Source: Candidatus Rokuibacteriota bacterium (lineage in GTDB: Bacteria; Methylomirabilota; Methylomirabilia; Rokubacteriales; CSP1-6). From it: DNA of 52,090 bases. The stretch spans positions 1 to 52,090 of the forward strand of contig JACPCH010000020.1 in the NCBI GenBank assembly GCA_016179875.1, written 5' to 3'. Position numbers and translations under genes: made by a program. Shown one piece after another: positions 1 through 10,349 of the stretch. Positions within the stretch are counted from its first letter, which is position 1; each line of letters starts with the position of its first letter. Below the pieces are notes generated by a model. That model was given only the letters and a program-made list of their open reading frames with translations, searched no databases and had not been told where the DNA came from.

Positions 1-27
1 CCGCGCGCTCGCGGCGGGCGCCGCGGC

Positions 28-1149
28 GTGAAGGTCAGCGTCCTCGCCTTCGACCTGTCGGACAACGCGACGGGCCGGGCTCACCTGCTCGCTCGCCTCC
101 TGTCGCCGCGCTACGCGGTCGAAGTCGTCGGGCCGCGGTTCGGGCCCGGGCTCTGGCGGCCGGCGCGCGACGGCGGGGGCGCGTACCGCGCCGTCGCCGC
201 GGGGCGGTACCCGGGCTTCGCGGCGCGGGTGCGGGACCTGGTGGCGCTCGCCGACGGCGACGTGCTCCTCGCCTCCAAGCCCCGGCCCACCAGCTTCGGC
301 GTGGGGCTGCTGGCGCGGGCCCGGCGCCGGCGGCCGCTCGTCCTCGACATCGACGACTGGGAGCTCGGCTTCTTCTACCGATCGGGCGCGTGGGGGCGCG
401 TCGGGCGGGCGCTCAACCTCGCCGACCCGAACGGCCTGGCCTTCACGTGGCTCATGGAGCGGCTGGTGCGCCGCGCCGACGCGCTCACCGTGGGGTCGCG
501 GTTCCTCGAGCGGCGCTTCGGCGGCGCGTTCCTGCCGCACGCGCGGGACACCGAGGCCTGGGACCCGGCGCGGTACGACGCGGCGGCGGCGCGCCAGGCG
601 CTGGGCGTCGGCGACCGGCGGGTCGTCATGTTCCTCGGCACGCCGCGGGGCCACAAGGGGGTGGACGACCTCGTCGAGGCGGCGCGCGGACTCGGGCCCG
701 GGGTGGTGCTGGCGATCGTCGGCGGCGACCCGGCGCGCGCGGGCGCGCGCCGCTGGGCGGGGGAGGGCCACGTCCGGGTCGTCCCCGAGATTGCCTTCGA
801 CGACGTGCCCCGCTACCTCGTGGCGGCCGACGTCGTGGCGGTGCCGCAGCGGGCCACCACCGACACGGTCGGCCAGGTGCCGGCCAAGATCTTCGACGCG
901 ATGGCGCTGGCGCGGCCGGTGGTCTCGACGCGCGTCTCCATGATTCCCGAGATCCTCGAGGGCTGCGGGGTGGTCGTCGAGCCCGGCGACGCGGCGGCGC
1001 TCCGGGCGGCGCTCCGGCGGCTCCTCGACGACCCGGCGGGCGCGGCCGCGCTCGGCCGGCGCGCGCGCGCGCGGTGCGAGGCCCTCTACAGCTTCGGCGC
1101 GGCGCGCGCGACCCTCTATCCCATCATCGAGCGGCTGGTGGGATCTTGA
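28..1149 (+). CDS. Glycosyltransferase family 4 (GT-B fold, group 1)
   Basis: 373-aa ORF with GTG start. C-terminal GT-B donor-binding region (VPQRATTDTVGQVPAKIFDAMALARPVVST). First gene of a cluster with heptose-pathway genes. Confidence 0.7.
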   Translation: MKVSVLAFDLSDNATGRAHLLARLLSPRYAVEVVGPRFGPGLWRPARDGGGAYRAVAAGRYPGFAARVRDLVALADGDVLLASKPRPTSFGVGLLARARRRRPLVLDIDDWELGFFYRSGAWGRVGRALNLADPNGLAFTWLMERLVRRADALTVGSRFLERRFGGAFLPHARDTEAWDPARYDAAAARQALGVGDRRVVMFLGTPRGHKGVDDLVEAARGLGPGVVLAIVGGDPARAGARRWAGEGHVRVVPEIAFDDVPRYLVAADVVAVPQRATTDTVGQVPAKIFDAMALARPVVSTRVSMIPEILEGCGVVVEPGDAAALRAALRRLLDDPAGAAALGRRARARCEALYSFGAARATLYPIIERLVGS

Positions 1150-1201
1150 GAGCCATTTCACCGCTCGCCTCGCCGGAGGCACCGCCTCGGCTCGCACGGC
1201 C

Positions 1202-2311
1202 ATGAAGCTCCTGCTCGTCGCGCGGCCCTTCGCGTTCCACGGGGGCGTCGAGCGGGCGACCGCGGGCCTCGTCGGCGCGCTGGTCGAGCACGGCTACGAC
1301 GTCCACCTGCTGAGCCTGCGCGGCCAGGCGCCCGTGCCCGGCGTGACGCTCCACGTGCTCCGGCTGCCGCCGCTGCCGTCGGCCGCGCGGGCGCTTGCGC
1401 TGGCGGCCGCCGCGCGGCGCGTCGTCGGGCGCGGGAGCTGGGACGTGGTGCAGAGCCACGAGCGCACGCTCGGCCAGGACGTGTACCGCGCCGGCGAGGG
1501 CTGCCACCGGGGCTACCTGGCGAGCGACGCCCGCCCGCGGGCACGCGGCCTCTACCACCGCGTCATGCTCGCGCTCGAGCGCCGCGTCTTCGCGACGACG
1601 CCCGCGATCGTCGCGATCGCCCGGCGCGGCGCGCGCGAGATCGCCGAGCTGTACGGCGTCCCGCCCGCGCGGCTCGACGTGGTGTACAACGGCGTGGACC
1701 TCGCGCGCTTCCACCCGGACAACCGCGCGCGCTGGCGCGCGGCCGCCCGTGCGGAGGCGGGCGTCCCCGCGGACGCCTTCGCGCTCCTGTTCGTCGGCAG
1801 CGGCTTCGAGCGCAAGGGGCTCCGGACGGCCCTCGAGGCCCTCGCGGCCCTCGACGACGCCTCGGCGCGCCTGCTCGTCGTCGGCAAGGGAGAGGCCGGG
1901 CCCTATCGCGCGCTCGCCGGACGCCTCGGCGTCGGCGGCCGCATCGGCTGGCTCGGACCGCGCCCGGAGCCCGAGCGCTGGTACGCCGCGGCCGACGCGG
2001 TCGTCCTGCCGAGCCGCTACGAGCCCTTCGGCAGCGTCCACCTCGAGGCGCTCGCCAGCGGCGTGCCGGTGGTGGCGAGCCGCGCCGCCGGGGGCGCCGA
2101 GCTCATCGAGGAGGGGAAGAACGGCGCGGTGACCGACCCGCGCGACGCCCGGGCCATCGCGCGGGCCCTCATGGCGCTCCGCGCACGCCGGCCGGCGGAG
2201 GTGACCGCGGCGGCCCGCGCCTCGGCCGAACCCTTCACGTTCGCCGCCCAGGTGAGCGGATTCGCGAGAATCTATCGCCGGTTGACGGACGCAACCGCTG
2301 ATGTTCCTTGA
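1202..2311 (+). CDS. Glycosyltransferase family 4, WaaG/RfaG-like LPS core glycosyltransferase
   Basis: 369-aa ORF. N-terminus MKLLLVARPFAFHGGVERA and the EX7E-type motif SRYEPFGSVHLEALASGVPVV are typical of group-1 glycosyltransferases. Confidence 0.7.
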   Translation: MKLLLVARPFAFHGGVERATAGLVGALVEHGYDVHLLSLRGQAPVPGVTLHVLRLPPLPSAARALALAAAARRVVGRGSWDVVQSHERTLGQDVYRAGEGCHRGYLASDARPRARGLYHRVMLALERRVFATTPAIVAIARRGAREIAELYGVPPARLDVVYNGVDLARFHPDNRARWRAAARAEAGVPADAFALLFVGSGFERKGLRTALEALAALDDASARLLVVGKGEAGPYRALAGRLGVGGRIGWLGPRPEPERWYAAADAVVLPSRYEPFGSVHLEALASGVPVVASRAAGGAELIEEGKNGAVTDPRDARAIARALMALRARRPAEVTAAARASAEPFTFAAQVSGFARIYRRLTDATADVP

Positions 2312-2924
2312 GAAATCAGGCCCTTGCTCGTACACTGCCGGCGTGGGGAGAAGGCCCGCGGTCTTCATCGATCGCGACGGGACGCTCACCGAGGAAGTCG
2401 GCTACGTCAACCATCCGCGCCGGCTCCGGCTCCTGCCGCGCTCGGCCGAGGCGATCCGCCGCCTGAACGGCGCGGGCGTCGCCGCGGTCGTCGTCACCAA
2501 CCAGGCGGGCCTCGCCCGCGGCTACTTCTCCGAGGAGGTGCTGGCCGCCGTGAACGCCACGCTCGTCGCGCAGCTCGAGGAGGCGGACGCCCACCTCGAC
2601 GGCCTGTACGTGTGTCCGCACCATCCGACCGAGGGCTCGCCGCCCTGGCGGGCCGACTGCGACTGCCGCAAGCCCGAGCCCGGGCTGATCCACCGCGCGG
2701 CGGCGGAGCTCGGCCTCGACCTCGGGCGGTCGGCGCTGGTCGGCGACAAGCCCTCCGACCTGGAGGCCGCGCGCCGCGTCGGCGCCCGCGGCGTGCTCGT
2801 CCTCACGGGCTACGGCCTCGGCGAGTGGGAGTACCGGCGCGCCGCCTTCCGGGTCGCGCCCGACCACGTCGCGGCGGATCTCCTCGACGCCGTCGAGTGG
2901 GTGCTCGGGAGCCCGAGGGCGTGA
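2301..2924 (+). CDS. gmhB: D-glycero-beta-D-manno-heptose 1,7-bisphosphate 7-phosphatase (HAD family)
   Basis: HAD motif I FIDRDGTL, TNQ motif VVTNQAGLARGYF, Cys-rich zinc loop CPHHP...CDCRKP, and GDKPSDLEAA. An alternative GTG start at 2343 is possible. Confidence 0.85.
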   Translation: MFLEKSGPCSYTAGVGRRPAVFIDRDGTLTEEVGYVNHPRRLRLLPRSAEAIRRLNGAGVAAVVVTNQAGLARGYFSEEVLAAVNATLVAQLEEADAHLDGLYVCPHHPTEGSPPWRADCDCRKPEPGLIHRAAAELGLDLGRSALVGDKPSDLEAARRVGARGVLVLTGYGLGEWEYRRAAFRVAPDHVAADLLDAVEWVLGSPRA

Positions 2925-3925
2925 CGGGCGGCGCGGGGCTGCGCCAGGCGCTCGCCGGGTTCGCCGGCAAGACGGTCATCGTCATCGGCGATCTCATCAC
3001 CGACGAGTACCTCTTCGGCAAGCCCTCGCGCATCTCGCGCGAGGCGCCCGTGCTCATCCTGCGCTTCACCGAGCGCGAGGTGCTGCTCGGCGGCGCGGCC
3101 AACGCCGCCCACAACGTCCACGCCCTCGGCGCCCGCGTGGTGCCGGTCGGCGTCCTCGGCCGCGACGCGGCCGGCGACGAGCTGCTCGCCCTCTTCCACG
3201 CCGCGGGCATCGCGACCGACGGCATCGTCGCCGAGTCCGGGCGCCCCACCGCGGTGAAGACGCGCATCATGGCCGGCGGCTACCAGGCCACGCGCCAGCA
3301 GGTGGTGCGGCTCGACCGCGAGCCGGCCGGGGAGCTGCTGTCGATCACCGAGGACGCGCTCTTCGCGCGCCTGAGCGCGCTCGGTGCGCGCGCCGACGCG
3401 GTCATCGTCTCCGACTACGGCTACGGCACCGTCACCCCGCGCGTGTTCGAGCGGGTGCGCGCGGTGGCCCGTCGCACCGGCGCGATCGTGAGCGTGGACA
3501 GCCGCTACCAGCTCCCGCGGTTCACCGGCGTGACGGCCGCGACACCGAACGAGGCCGAGCTGGCGCAGCTCACCGGCACGGAGGTGGACGACGAGCGGGC
3601 GGTGGACAAGGCGGGCCGGCAGCTCCTCGAGCGCCTCGACGCGCGCCTGCTGCTGGTCACCCGCGGCAGCCGCGGGATGGCGCTGCTCGAGCGCGACGGC
3701 GCCACGACGTTCATCCCGATCCACGGCACCGACGAGATCGCCGACGTCACCGGCGCCGGCGACACCGTGATCAGCGCCTTCACCCTGGCGCTCGCCGCGG
3801 GCGCGACGCCGGGCGAGGCGGCGGCGCTCGCCAACGTGGCGGGCGGCCTCGTCGTGATGAAGCGGGGCACCGCGACCGTCGCCGCGTCGGAGCTGCGCCA
3901 GGCGCTCGCCGGCCCCGCGTCGTGA
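2921..3925 (+). CDS. hldA: D-glycero-beta-D-manno-heptose-7-phosphate kinase (RfaE domain I, PfkB ribokinase family)
   Basis: GTG at 2921 overlaps the gmhB stop (GTGA). Sequence [31 protein letters not shown] and C-terminal [13 protein letters not shown] (PfkB signature). The upstream part of ORF 2324..3925 is an out-of-frame run-on over gmhB. Confidence 0.85.
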   Translation: MTGGAGLRQALAGFAGKTVIVIGDLITDEYLFGKPSRISREAPVLILRFTEREVLLGGAANAAHNVHALGARVVPVGVLGRDAAGDELLALFHAAGIATDGIVAESGRPTAVKTRIMAGGYQATRQQVVRLDREPAGELLSITEDALFARLSALGARADAVIVSDYGYGTVTPRVFERVRAVARRTGAIVSVDSRYQLPRFTGVTAATPNEAELAQLTGTEVDDERAVDKAGRQLLERLDARLLLVTRGSRGMALLERDGATTFIPIHGTDEIADVTGAGDTVISAFTLALAAGATPGEAAALANVAGGLVVMKRGTATVAASELRQALAGPAS

Positions 3926-3929
3926 CCCG

Positions 3930-4394
3930 GTGAACCTCGCGGAAGCGGCGGCGCTGGCCGAGCGGCTCCGGGCCGAGCGCAAGCGCATCGTCCTCGCCAA
4001 CGGCTGCTTCGACCTCCTGCACGTCGGCCACGTGCGCTACCTGGAGGCCGCGCGCCGGCTCGGCGACGTCCTCTTCGTCGGCGTGAACGGGGACGCGGCG
4101 GTGGCGCGCCTCAAGGGGCCGGGCCGGCCGCTGATGCCCGCGGCCGAGCGGGTCGAGATCCTGGCGGCGCTCCGCCCCGTGGACCACGTGGTCGTGTTCG
4201 ACGAGGACACGGCCGACCTGCTCGTCGCGGCGGTGCGGCCCGACGTCCACGCCAAGGGCACCGACTACCGCCCCGACGCCGTGCCCGAGGGCGCCACGGT
4301 GCGCGCCCTGGGCGGCGAGGTCGCGGTGGTCGGCGACCAGAAGGATCATTCGACCCGCGACTACATCGCGCTGATCGTGGAGCGCTTCGGATGA
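3930..4394 (+). CDS. hldC: D-glycero-beta-D-manno-heptose 1-phosphate adenylyltransferase (RfaE domain II)
   Basis: 154 aa. Cytidylyltransferase-fold motif [18 protein letters not shown]. Lies directly after the kinase gene. Confidence 0.85.
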   Translation: MNLAEAAALAERLRAERKRIVLANGCFDLLHVGHVRYLEAARRLGDVLFVGVNGDAAVARLKGPGRPLMPAAERVEILAALRPVDHVVVFDEDTADLLVAAVRPDVHAKGTDYRPDAVPEGATVRALGGEVAVVGDQKDHSTRDYIALIVERFG

Positions 4395-5413
4395 GGGTCG
4401 CCCTCGTCAAGCTCTCCTCGCTCGGCGACGTCGTCCACGCGCTGCCGGTCGCCGCCGCGCTCCGCCGCGGGCTGCCGCAGGCGCGGCTCACGTGGATCGT
4501 CGAGCGCCGGGAGGCGGCGATCCTCCACGGCAACGCGGCCCTCGACGAGGTCGTGCCGGTGGACACGCGCGGCTGGCGGCGCGCGCTCGACCTCCGCGCG
4601 CTCTGGCGCCCGCTCGGCGCCGTCCACGCCGGCGGCGCGATCAGCGAGCTCGCGCGCCACCTGCGGGCGGCGCGCTTCGACGTGGCGCTCGACCTCCAGG
4701 GCCTGCTCAAGAGCGGCGTGCTCACGGCGATGACCGGCGCGCCGCTGCGGATCGGGTTCGCCGCGCGTCACTGCCGCGAGCCCGTCAACGCCCTCTTCAC
4801 GAACCACCGCGTCACGCCGCCGCCCGAGGCGCGTCACGTCGTCGAGCAGTACCTCGCGCTGCTGGCGCCGCTCGGCGTCCGGGCGGGGCCGGTGACGTTC
4901 CCGCTGCCGGCCGACGCGCGCGCGGAGGCGGGGATGGACGACTTCCTGGCGGCGGCCGGGCTCAAGCCGGCGCGGCGCCTCGTCCTGCTCAATCCGGGCG
5001 CGGGGCGGGCCGACAAGCGCTGGGCGGTGGAGCGCTTCCGCGCGCTGGCCGCGCGCCTCGTCGAGGAGGCGGCGGCCTCGGTGCTGGTCGTGTGGGGGCC
5101 GGACGAGCACTCGACCGCGCGTGACATCGCCGGCGGCCCGGCGCCGGGCGTGCGCCTCGCGCCGCCGACGAACCTCGGGGAGCTGCTGGCGCTGCTGCGC
5201 CGGGCCTCGGTGGTCGTGGCCGGCGACACCGGCCCGGTCCACCTGGCGGCGGCGCTCGGCACCGCCTGCGTCGGGCTCTACGGGCCCACGCCGGCCGAGC
5301 GCAACGGGCCCTGGGGCCAGGTGGGGCGCGCGCTTCAGAGCCCGACCGGCGCGCTGGACGGCATCGCGGTGGACGCCGTGTTCCGCGCCGTGACCGAGGC
5401 GCTCGAACCATGA
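4391..5413 (+). CDS. Glycosyltransferase family 9 (LPS heptosyltransferase)
   Basis: 340 aa. N-terminus [24 protein letters not shown] and C-terminal [15 protein letters not shown] are GT9 hallmarks. ATGA overlap with hldC. Confidence 0.85.
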   Translation: MRVALVKLSSLGDVVHALPVAAALRRGLPQARLTWIVERREAAILHGNAALDEVVPVDTRGWRRALDLRALWRPLGAVHAGGAISELARHLRAARFDVALDLQGLLKSGVLTAMTGAPLRIGFAARHCREPVNALFTNHRVTPPPEARHVVEQYLALLAPLGVRAGPVTFPLPADARAEAGMDDFLAAAGLKPARRLVLLNPGAGRADKRWAVERFRALAARLVEEAAASVLVVWGPDEHSTARDIAGGPAPGVRLAPPTNLGELLALLRRASVVVAGDTGPVHLAAALGTACVGLYGPTPAERNGPWGQVGRALQSPTGALDGIAVDAVFRAVTEALEP

Positions 5414-6162
5414 GCGGGCCGCGGGTGTCCGCGGTCGTGATCACCCTCAACGAGCAGGAGTGCCTGCGCGCGTGCCTGGAGAGCGCGGCCTGGGCCGACG
5501 AGCTGATCGTCGTGGACGCCGAGTCGCAGGACAAGACCGTCCAGATCGCCCGGGAGTTCACCGACCACGTCGTGGTGCGGCCGTGGCCGGGCTTCGCCGC
5601 GCAGAAGAACTTCGGCCTCGCGCGGGCCGGCGGCGACTGGATCCTCTCGCTCGACGCCGACGAGGAGGTCACGCCGGAGCTCCGGGCCGAGATCCTGGCG
5701 ACGGTGGCGGCGGCGGACGCGGCCGACGGCTACCGCGTGCCGCGCCGGAACGTGTTCTGGGGGCGCTTCATCCGTCACGGCGGCCTCTATCCCGACTGGC
5801 AGGTGCGCCTGTTCCGCCGGGGGCGCGGCCGCTTCGTCGAGCGCGCCGTCCACGAGTCGGTGGAGGTGGACGGCCGGGTCGGGCGCCTGCGCGCGGCGCT
5901 CGTGCACCGGAGCCACCGGGACGTCGCCGACTTCCTCGCGCGGGCCGACCGCTACTCGACGCTCGCCGCGGAGGAGGCGGTGCGCCACGGACGGCGTGTC
6001 GGCGCCGGCGATCTCGTGTGGAGGCCCGCCGGGCGCTTCCTGTCGATGTACGTCTTGAGGGCCGGGTTCCTCGACGGGTGGCGAGGCTTCCTTCTGGCCT
6101 CCCTCTACGCGTACTATGTCTTCATCCGGTCGGCCAAGATCTGGGAGAGGACGAGGCGCTGA
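5410..6162 (+). CDS. Glycosyltransferase family 2, WaaE/LgtF-like LPS core glycosyltransferase
   Basis: 250 aa. VSAVVITLNEQECL, VVDAESQDKT and a DADE motif (LSLDADEEV). ATGA overlap with the GT9 gene. Confidence 0.7.
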   Translation: MSGPRVSAVVITLNEQECLRACLESAAWADELIVVDAESQDKTVQIAREFTDHVVVRPWPGFAAQKNFGLARAGGDWILSLDADEEVTPELRAEILATVAAADAADGYRVPRRNVFWGRFIRHGGLYPDWQVRLFRRGRGRFVERAVHESVEVDGRVGRLRAALVHRSHRDVADFLARADRYSTLAAEEAVRHGRRVGAGDLVWRPAGRFLSMYVLRAGFLDGWRGFLLASLYAYYVFIRSAKIWERTRR

Positions 6163-7151
6163 TGGCCAGGGCGAGAGAACGGGTGCTGTCGGGCATGCGC
6201 CCGACGGGGAAGCTCCACCTCGGCAACTACCTGGGCGCGCTCGACAACTGGGTGCGGATGCAGGACGCCTACGACTGCTTCTACTTCGTCGCGAACTGGC
6301 ACGCGCTCACCGACGACCACGACACCGCCGCGGTGCCCGGCGACACGATCGAGATGCTGGCGGACTGGCTCGGCGCCGGGCTCGATCCCGAACGCTCGAC
6401 GCTGTTCGTCCAGTCGCTCGTCCCCGAGCACGCCGAGCTCCACCTGCTCTTCTCGATGATCACGCCGGTCGGCTGGCTCGAGCGCGTGCCGACGTACAAG
6501 GAGCGGATCGAGCAGCAGGGGATCACCTCGCCCTCGTACGGGCTGCTCGGCTACCCGCTGCTCCAGTCGGCGGACATCCTCATGTACAAGCCGCGCTGGG
6601 TGCCGGTGGGCATCGATCAGGTGCCGCACGTCGAGCTGACGCGCGAGGTGGCGCGCCGCTTCAACCACGTGTTCGGCGAGGTCTTCCCGGAGCCGGACGC
6701 CAAGCTCACCGAGATCCCGAAGGTGCCCGGCACCGACGGGCGCAAGATGTCCAAGTCGTACGACAACGCGATCTATCTCTCGGATCCGCCGGAGGCGATC
6801 GTCCGCAAGGTCAAGCCGATGGTGACGGACCCGGCGCGCAAGCGGCGCGCCGATCCCGGCACCCCGGAGGTCTGCCCGGTGTTCGACCTGCACAAGATCT
6901 TCACGCCCGAGGCCGAGCGCCGGGCGTGCGCCGAGGGCTGCCGGACGGCGGGCATCGGCTGCCTCGACTGCAAGGACGTCCTGCTCCGGCACCTCGGTCC
7001 GCGGCTCGACGGCATCCGCGAGCGCCGCCAGAAGTACGCCGAGAAGCCGGACCGGATCGTCGAGCTCCTCCACGAGGGGTCCCGGCGCGCCCAGCGGGTG
7101 GCGCGCGCGACGATGGACGAGGTGCGGGCGGCGGTGCGCCTCACGCCATGA
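6162..7151 (+). CDS. trpS: Tryptophan--tRNA ligase
   Basis: ATG at 6162 shares one base with the GT2 stop. Class I signatures GKLHLGNYLG (HIGH-like) and KMSKS. About 330 aa. Confidence 0.95.
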   Translation: MARARERVLSGMRPTGKLHLGNYLGALDNWVRMQDAYDCFYFVANWHALTDDHDTAAVPGDTIEMLADWLGAGLDPERSTLFVQSLVPEHAELHLLFSMITPVGWLERVPTYKERIEQQGITSPSYGLLGYPLLQSADILMYKPRWVPVGIDQVPHVELTREVARRFNHVFGEVFPEPDAKLTEIPKVPGTDGRKMSKSYDNAIYLSDPPEAIVRKVKPMVTDPARKRRADPGTPEVCPVFDLHKIFTPEAERRACAEGCRTAGIGCLDCKDVLLRHLGPRLDGIRERRQKYAEKPDRIVELLHEGSRRAQRVARATMDEVRAAVRLTP

Positions 7152-7942
7152 CCGCCGACGGCCCGGCGCCGGACACGCTCGCGCCGTCGCGCGACCTCAC
7201 GCTGCGCGTGGGGACGTTCGAGGGCCCGCTCGACCTGCTGCTCCATCTGTGCCGCACGAGCGAGATCGACCTCGCGCACCTGCCGGTGCGGACCATCACC
7301 GACCAGTACCTCGCGCACCTCGAGGCGGTCGAGTTCCGCGACCTCGAGACCGCGGGCGCCTACCTCGTCATGGCGGCGACGCTCATCTACCTCAAGTCGA
7401 AGCTCCTGGTGCCGCCCGACCCGTCGGAGACCGAGCTGCTCGACGAGGAGGGCCTGGCGCTCCGGCAGGAGCTCGAGGCGCGCCTGCGCGAGTACGCGCG
7501 GGTCAAGACCCTGGGCGCGTGGCTCGCGACGCGCGAGGCCGAGCAGGCGCTGCTCTGGGGGCGGCCGGGCAGCGGGCTGCCGCCCGCCGAGGAGATCCCG
7601 CTCGAGGACCTGAGCGTGCACCTGCTCGAGCGGGCGGTCCGGCGCCTCATCGAGGACCAGCAGCGGCTCCGCCCGCGCGAGGTGGAGCCGAACCCGCCCT
7701 CGGTCCTCGAGCGGATGACCGAGATTCTCTCGCTCCTGCGGGACACCTGGTCGCTGCTGTTCTCGTCGCTCGCCGGCGGCGAGCGGCGCCGCTCGGAGGT
7801 CGTGGTGACGCTCCTGGCGGTGCTGGAGCTGGTGAGGCTCGGCCGGATCCGGACCCAGCAGACCGAGCTGTTCGGCGAGATCGTGATCGAACGCCAGACC
7901 GCCAGCCCGGCGGAGGAGCCCACGCGTGCCGACGCCAGCTGA
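7148..7942 (+). CDS. scpA: Segregation and condensation protein A
   Basis: ATGA overlap with trpS. FEGPLDLLLHLCRTSEIDLAHLPVRTITDQYL is typical ScpA. Followed by scpB. Confidence 0.9.
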   Translation: MTADGPAPDTLAPSRDLTLRVGTFEGPLDLLLHLCRTSEIDLAHLPVRTITDQYLAHLEAVEFRDLETAGAYLVMAATLIYLKSKLLVPPDPSETELLDEEGLALRQELEARLREYARVKTLGAWLATREAEQALLWGRPGSGLPPAEEIPLEDLSVHLLERAVRRLIEDQQRLRPREVEPNPPSVLERMTEILSLLRDTWSLLFSSLAGGERRRSEVVVTLLAVLELVRLGRIRTQQTELFGEIVIERQTASPAEEPTRADAS

Positions 7943-8531
7943 CGTGCTGGAAGCGCTGCTCTTCGCCTCCGACACGCCCCTCGAGCTCGAGCGGATCCGC
8001 GAGGTCCTGGAGCTGCCCGACGCCCGCGCGGCGCGCGCGCTGATGGACGAGCTGCGCGCGCGCTACGAGGCGTCGAGCGGCGCGCTCACGATCCTCGAGG
8101 TGGGCGGCGGCTTCCGCCTCGTGACGCGCCCCGCGCTGGCGCCGTGGCTGGTGCGCCTGGCCCGGGCCCGCACCCGGGCGCGGCTCTCGCGGCCCGCGCT
8201 CGAGACGCTGGCCATCGTCGGCTACAAGCAGCCGGTCTCGCGGCCCGAGGTGGACGCGATCCGCGGCGTGAACTCGGAGGCCGTGCTCGACAACCTGCTC
8301 GAGCGCCGCCTCCTCCGCATCGCCGGCCGCAAGGACGCGCCCGGACGGCCCTTCCTCTACGAGACGACGCGCGAGTTCCTGGTGGCGTTCGGGCTCCGCG
8401 ACGTCGGCGACCTGCCGAAGGTCGAGGGTGAGCTGATCGTCCCGGAGCTGGCGAGCGTGACCGACCATGGCGAAGCTGCGGCTCAACAAGATCCTGGCGC
8501 AGGCGGGGCTGACGTCCCGGCGGGGGGCTGA
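7926..8531 (+). CDS. scpB: Segregation and condensation protein B
   Basis: 201 aa with GTG start. LEALLFASDTPLELERI and LETLAIVGYKQPVSRPEVDAIRGV winged-helix repeats. The 3' end overlaps rluB by 65 nt. Confidence 0.85.
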   Translation: MPTPADVLEALLFASDTPLELERIREVLELPDARAARALMDELRARYEASSGALTILEVGGGFRLVTRPALAPWLVRLARARTRARLSRPALETLAIVGYKQPVSRPEVDAIRGVNSEAVLDNLLERRLLRIAGRKDAPGRPFLYETTREFLVAFGLRDVGDLPKVEGELIVPELASVTDHGEAAAQQDPGAGGADVPAGG

Positions 8532-9210
8532 CCGCCTCATCGCCGAGGGCCGCGTCGCCATCGGCGGCGTGGTGATCACCAGCCTCGCGACGCTCGCCGA
8601 TCCCGACGCCGAGACGATCACCGTGGACGGCCGGCCCCTGCCTCGCGCGGAGGCCCGGCGCTACGTGCTCCTGCACAAGCCGCGCGGCTACGTGACGACG
8701 CTCGCGGACCCGCTGGGGCGTCCGGTCGTCGCCGACCTGGTGGCCGGGGGCGGGCGCCTCTATCCCGTCGGGCGGCTCGACTGGGACGTCGAGGGCGCGC
8801 TCCTGCTCACCAACGACGGGCCACTCACCCACCGGCTCCTCCATCCACGCTACGCCGTGCCGCGCGTGTACGAGGCGCGGGTCGAGGGGCGGGTGGGGCG
8901 GGACGACCTCGCGCGCTGGCGGCGCGGCGTGAGCCTCGACGACGGCCCGGCCCGGCCGCTGGCGGTGGCGCTCCTCCACGCGGAGGCGCACCAGAGCCGC
9001 CTGCGGCTCACGTTCACCGAGGGGCGCAAGCACGAGGTGAAGCGCTTCTGCGAGGCCCTGGGCCATCGCGTCCGCGCGCTGCGGCGCACGGCGTTCGGGC
9101 CCATCGCGCTCGGCCGCCTGCCGCGGGGCGCGTCGCGACCGCTCACGCCGCGGGAGGTGCGGGCGCTCCGCGCCGCGGTCGCGGCGCCGGGGCCGCGGCC
9201 CGGCCGCTGA
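8467..9210 (+). CDS. rluB: 23S rRNA pseudouridine synthase, RsuA/RluB family
   Basis: S4 domain MAKLRLNKILAQAGLTSRRGADRLI and catalytic motif YPVGRLDWDVEGALLLTNDG. Confidence 0.85.
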   Translation: MAKLRLNKILAQAGLTSRRGADRLIAEGRVAIGGVVITSLATLADPDAETITVDGRPLPRAEARRYVLLHKPRGYVTTLADPLGRPVVADLVAGGGRLYPVGRLDWDVEGALLLTNDGPLTHRLLHPRYAVPRVYEARVEGRVGRDDLARWRRGVSLDDGPARPLAVALLHAEAHQSRLRLTFTEGRKHEVKRFCEALGHRVRALRRTAFGPIALGRLPRGASRPLTPREVRALRAAVAAPGPRPGR

Positions 9211-9212
9211 GC

Positions 9213-9242
9213 TTGCTCTTGGGCGAGACCCCGGCCTATAAT
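9213..9242 (+). promoter_or_regulatory. Putative sigma-70-type promoter of the pheA operon
   Basis: TTGCTC (9213-9218), 18-nt spacer, then a perfect TATAAT (9237-9242), 37 nt upstream of the pheA ATG. One of the few AT-rich hexamers in the region. Confidence 0.45.
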
Positions 9243-9278
9243 GATCGAACGTCACGGCGGGTGTCGCCAGGAGTTTCT

Positions 9279-10340
9279 ATGAACTGGGACGATTGGCGTC
9301 TCAGGATCAACGAGCTCGACAACCAAATCCTCCAGCTCCTCACCCAACGCGCAGAGGCCGCCCTCCGGATCGGAGACCTCAAACGTCGTCAGGAGGCGCC
9401 GATCTATGTCCCGGAGCGTGAGGCCGAGATCCTGCGCCGCCTGGCGGCCGCGAACCCCGGCCCGCTGCCGGCGGAGGCCGTCGTCGCCATCTGGCGCGAG
9501 ATCCTCTCGGGCTGCCGCGCCCTCGAGGCGCGCCTGACCGTCGCGTACCTCGGGCCGCAGGCGACGTTCACGCACCAGGCGGCCCGGGAGCGCTTCGGCG
9601 CCTCGGTGGACTACCGCGCGGCGCGCTCGATCGGCGAGGTGTTCGACGACGTCGAGCGGGGACGCGCCGACTTCGGGGTGGTGCCGGTCGAGAACAGCAC
9701 CGAGGGCGCCGTGAACGTGACGCTCGACCGGCTCACGATCTCCGACGTGGTGATCGCGGGCGAGCTGCGCCTGGAGATCGCCCAGCAGCTGCTGTCGCGC
9801 GCGGCGGACCTCGGCGAGATCAAGCGTGTGCTCTCGCACCCGCAGGGGCTCGCCCAGTGCCGCGGCTGGCTCGCCGAGCACCTGCCGGAGGTGCCGACGG
9901 AGGAGGTGCTCTCGACCGCCGCGGCCGCGGAACTGGCGGCGGCCGACCCGATGATCGCGGCCATCGCCTCCGAGCTCGCCGGTCAGCTCTACGCCGTGCC
10001 GGCGCTGCGCGCGCGCATCGAGGACAACCCGCACAACGCCACGCGCTTCCTGGTCATCGGCCGGCGGCCGGTCGGGCCGACGGGCCGCGACAAGACCACG
10101 ATCCTGTTCGCGATGCGCAACGAGCCGGGGTCGCTCCACCGCATCCTCGAGCCGATCGCCGGCGCCGGGCTCAACCTCACCAAGATCGAGTCGCGCCCGG
10201 CCAAGCAGGGCCCCTGGGAGTACGTCATCTTCGTGGACCTCGAGGGCCATCGGGAGACCCCCGCGGTCGCCGCGGTGCTGGACGAGATCGGGCGACGGAC
10301 CCTGTATCTCAAGATCCTCGGGTCCTACCCCGCCGCATAA
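9279..10340 (+). CDS. pheA: Bifunctional chorismate mutase / prephenate dehydratase (P-protein)
   Basis: ATG at 9279 preceded by GGAG. Chorismate mutase helix RINELDNQILQLLTQRAEAAL, PDT domain VAYLGPQATFTHQAA, and an ACT domain with ESRP (TKIESRPAK). Confidence 0.9.
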   Translation: MNWDDWRLRINELDNQILQLLTQRAEAALRIGDLKRRQEAPIYVPEREAEILRRLAAANPGPLPAEAVVAIWREILSGCRALEARLTVAYLGPQATFTHQAARERFGASVDYRAARSIGEVFDDVERGRADFGVVPVENSTEGAVNVTLDRLTISDVVIAGELRLEIAQQLLSRAADLGEIKRVLSHPQGLAQCRGWLAEHLPEVPTEEVLSTAAAAELAAADPMIAAIASELAGQLYAVPALRARIEDNPHNATRFLVIGRRPVGPTGRDKTTILFAMRNEPGSLHRILEPIAGAGLNLTKIESRPAKQGPWEYVIFVDLEGHRETPAVAAVLDEIGRRTLYLKILGSYPAA

Positions 10341-10349
10341 GGAGAGCGC

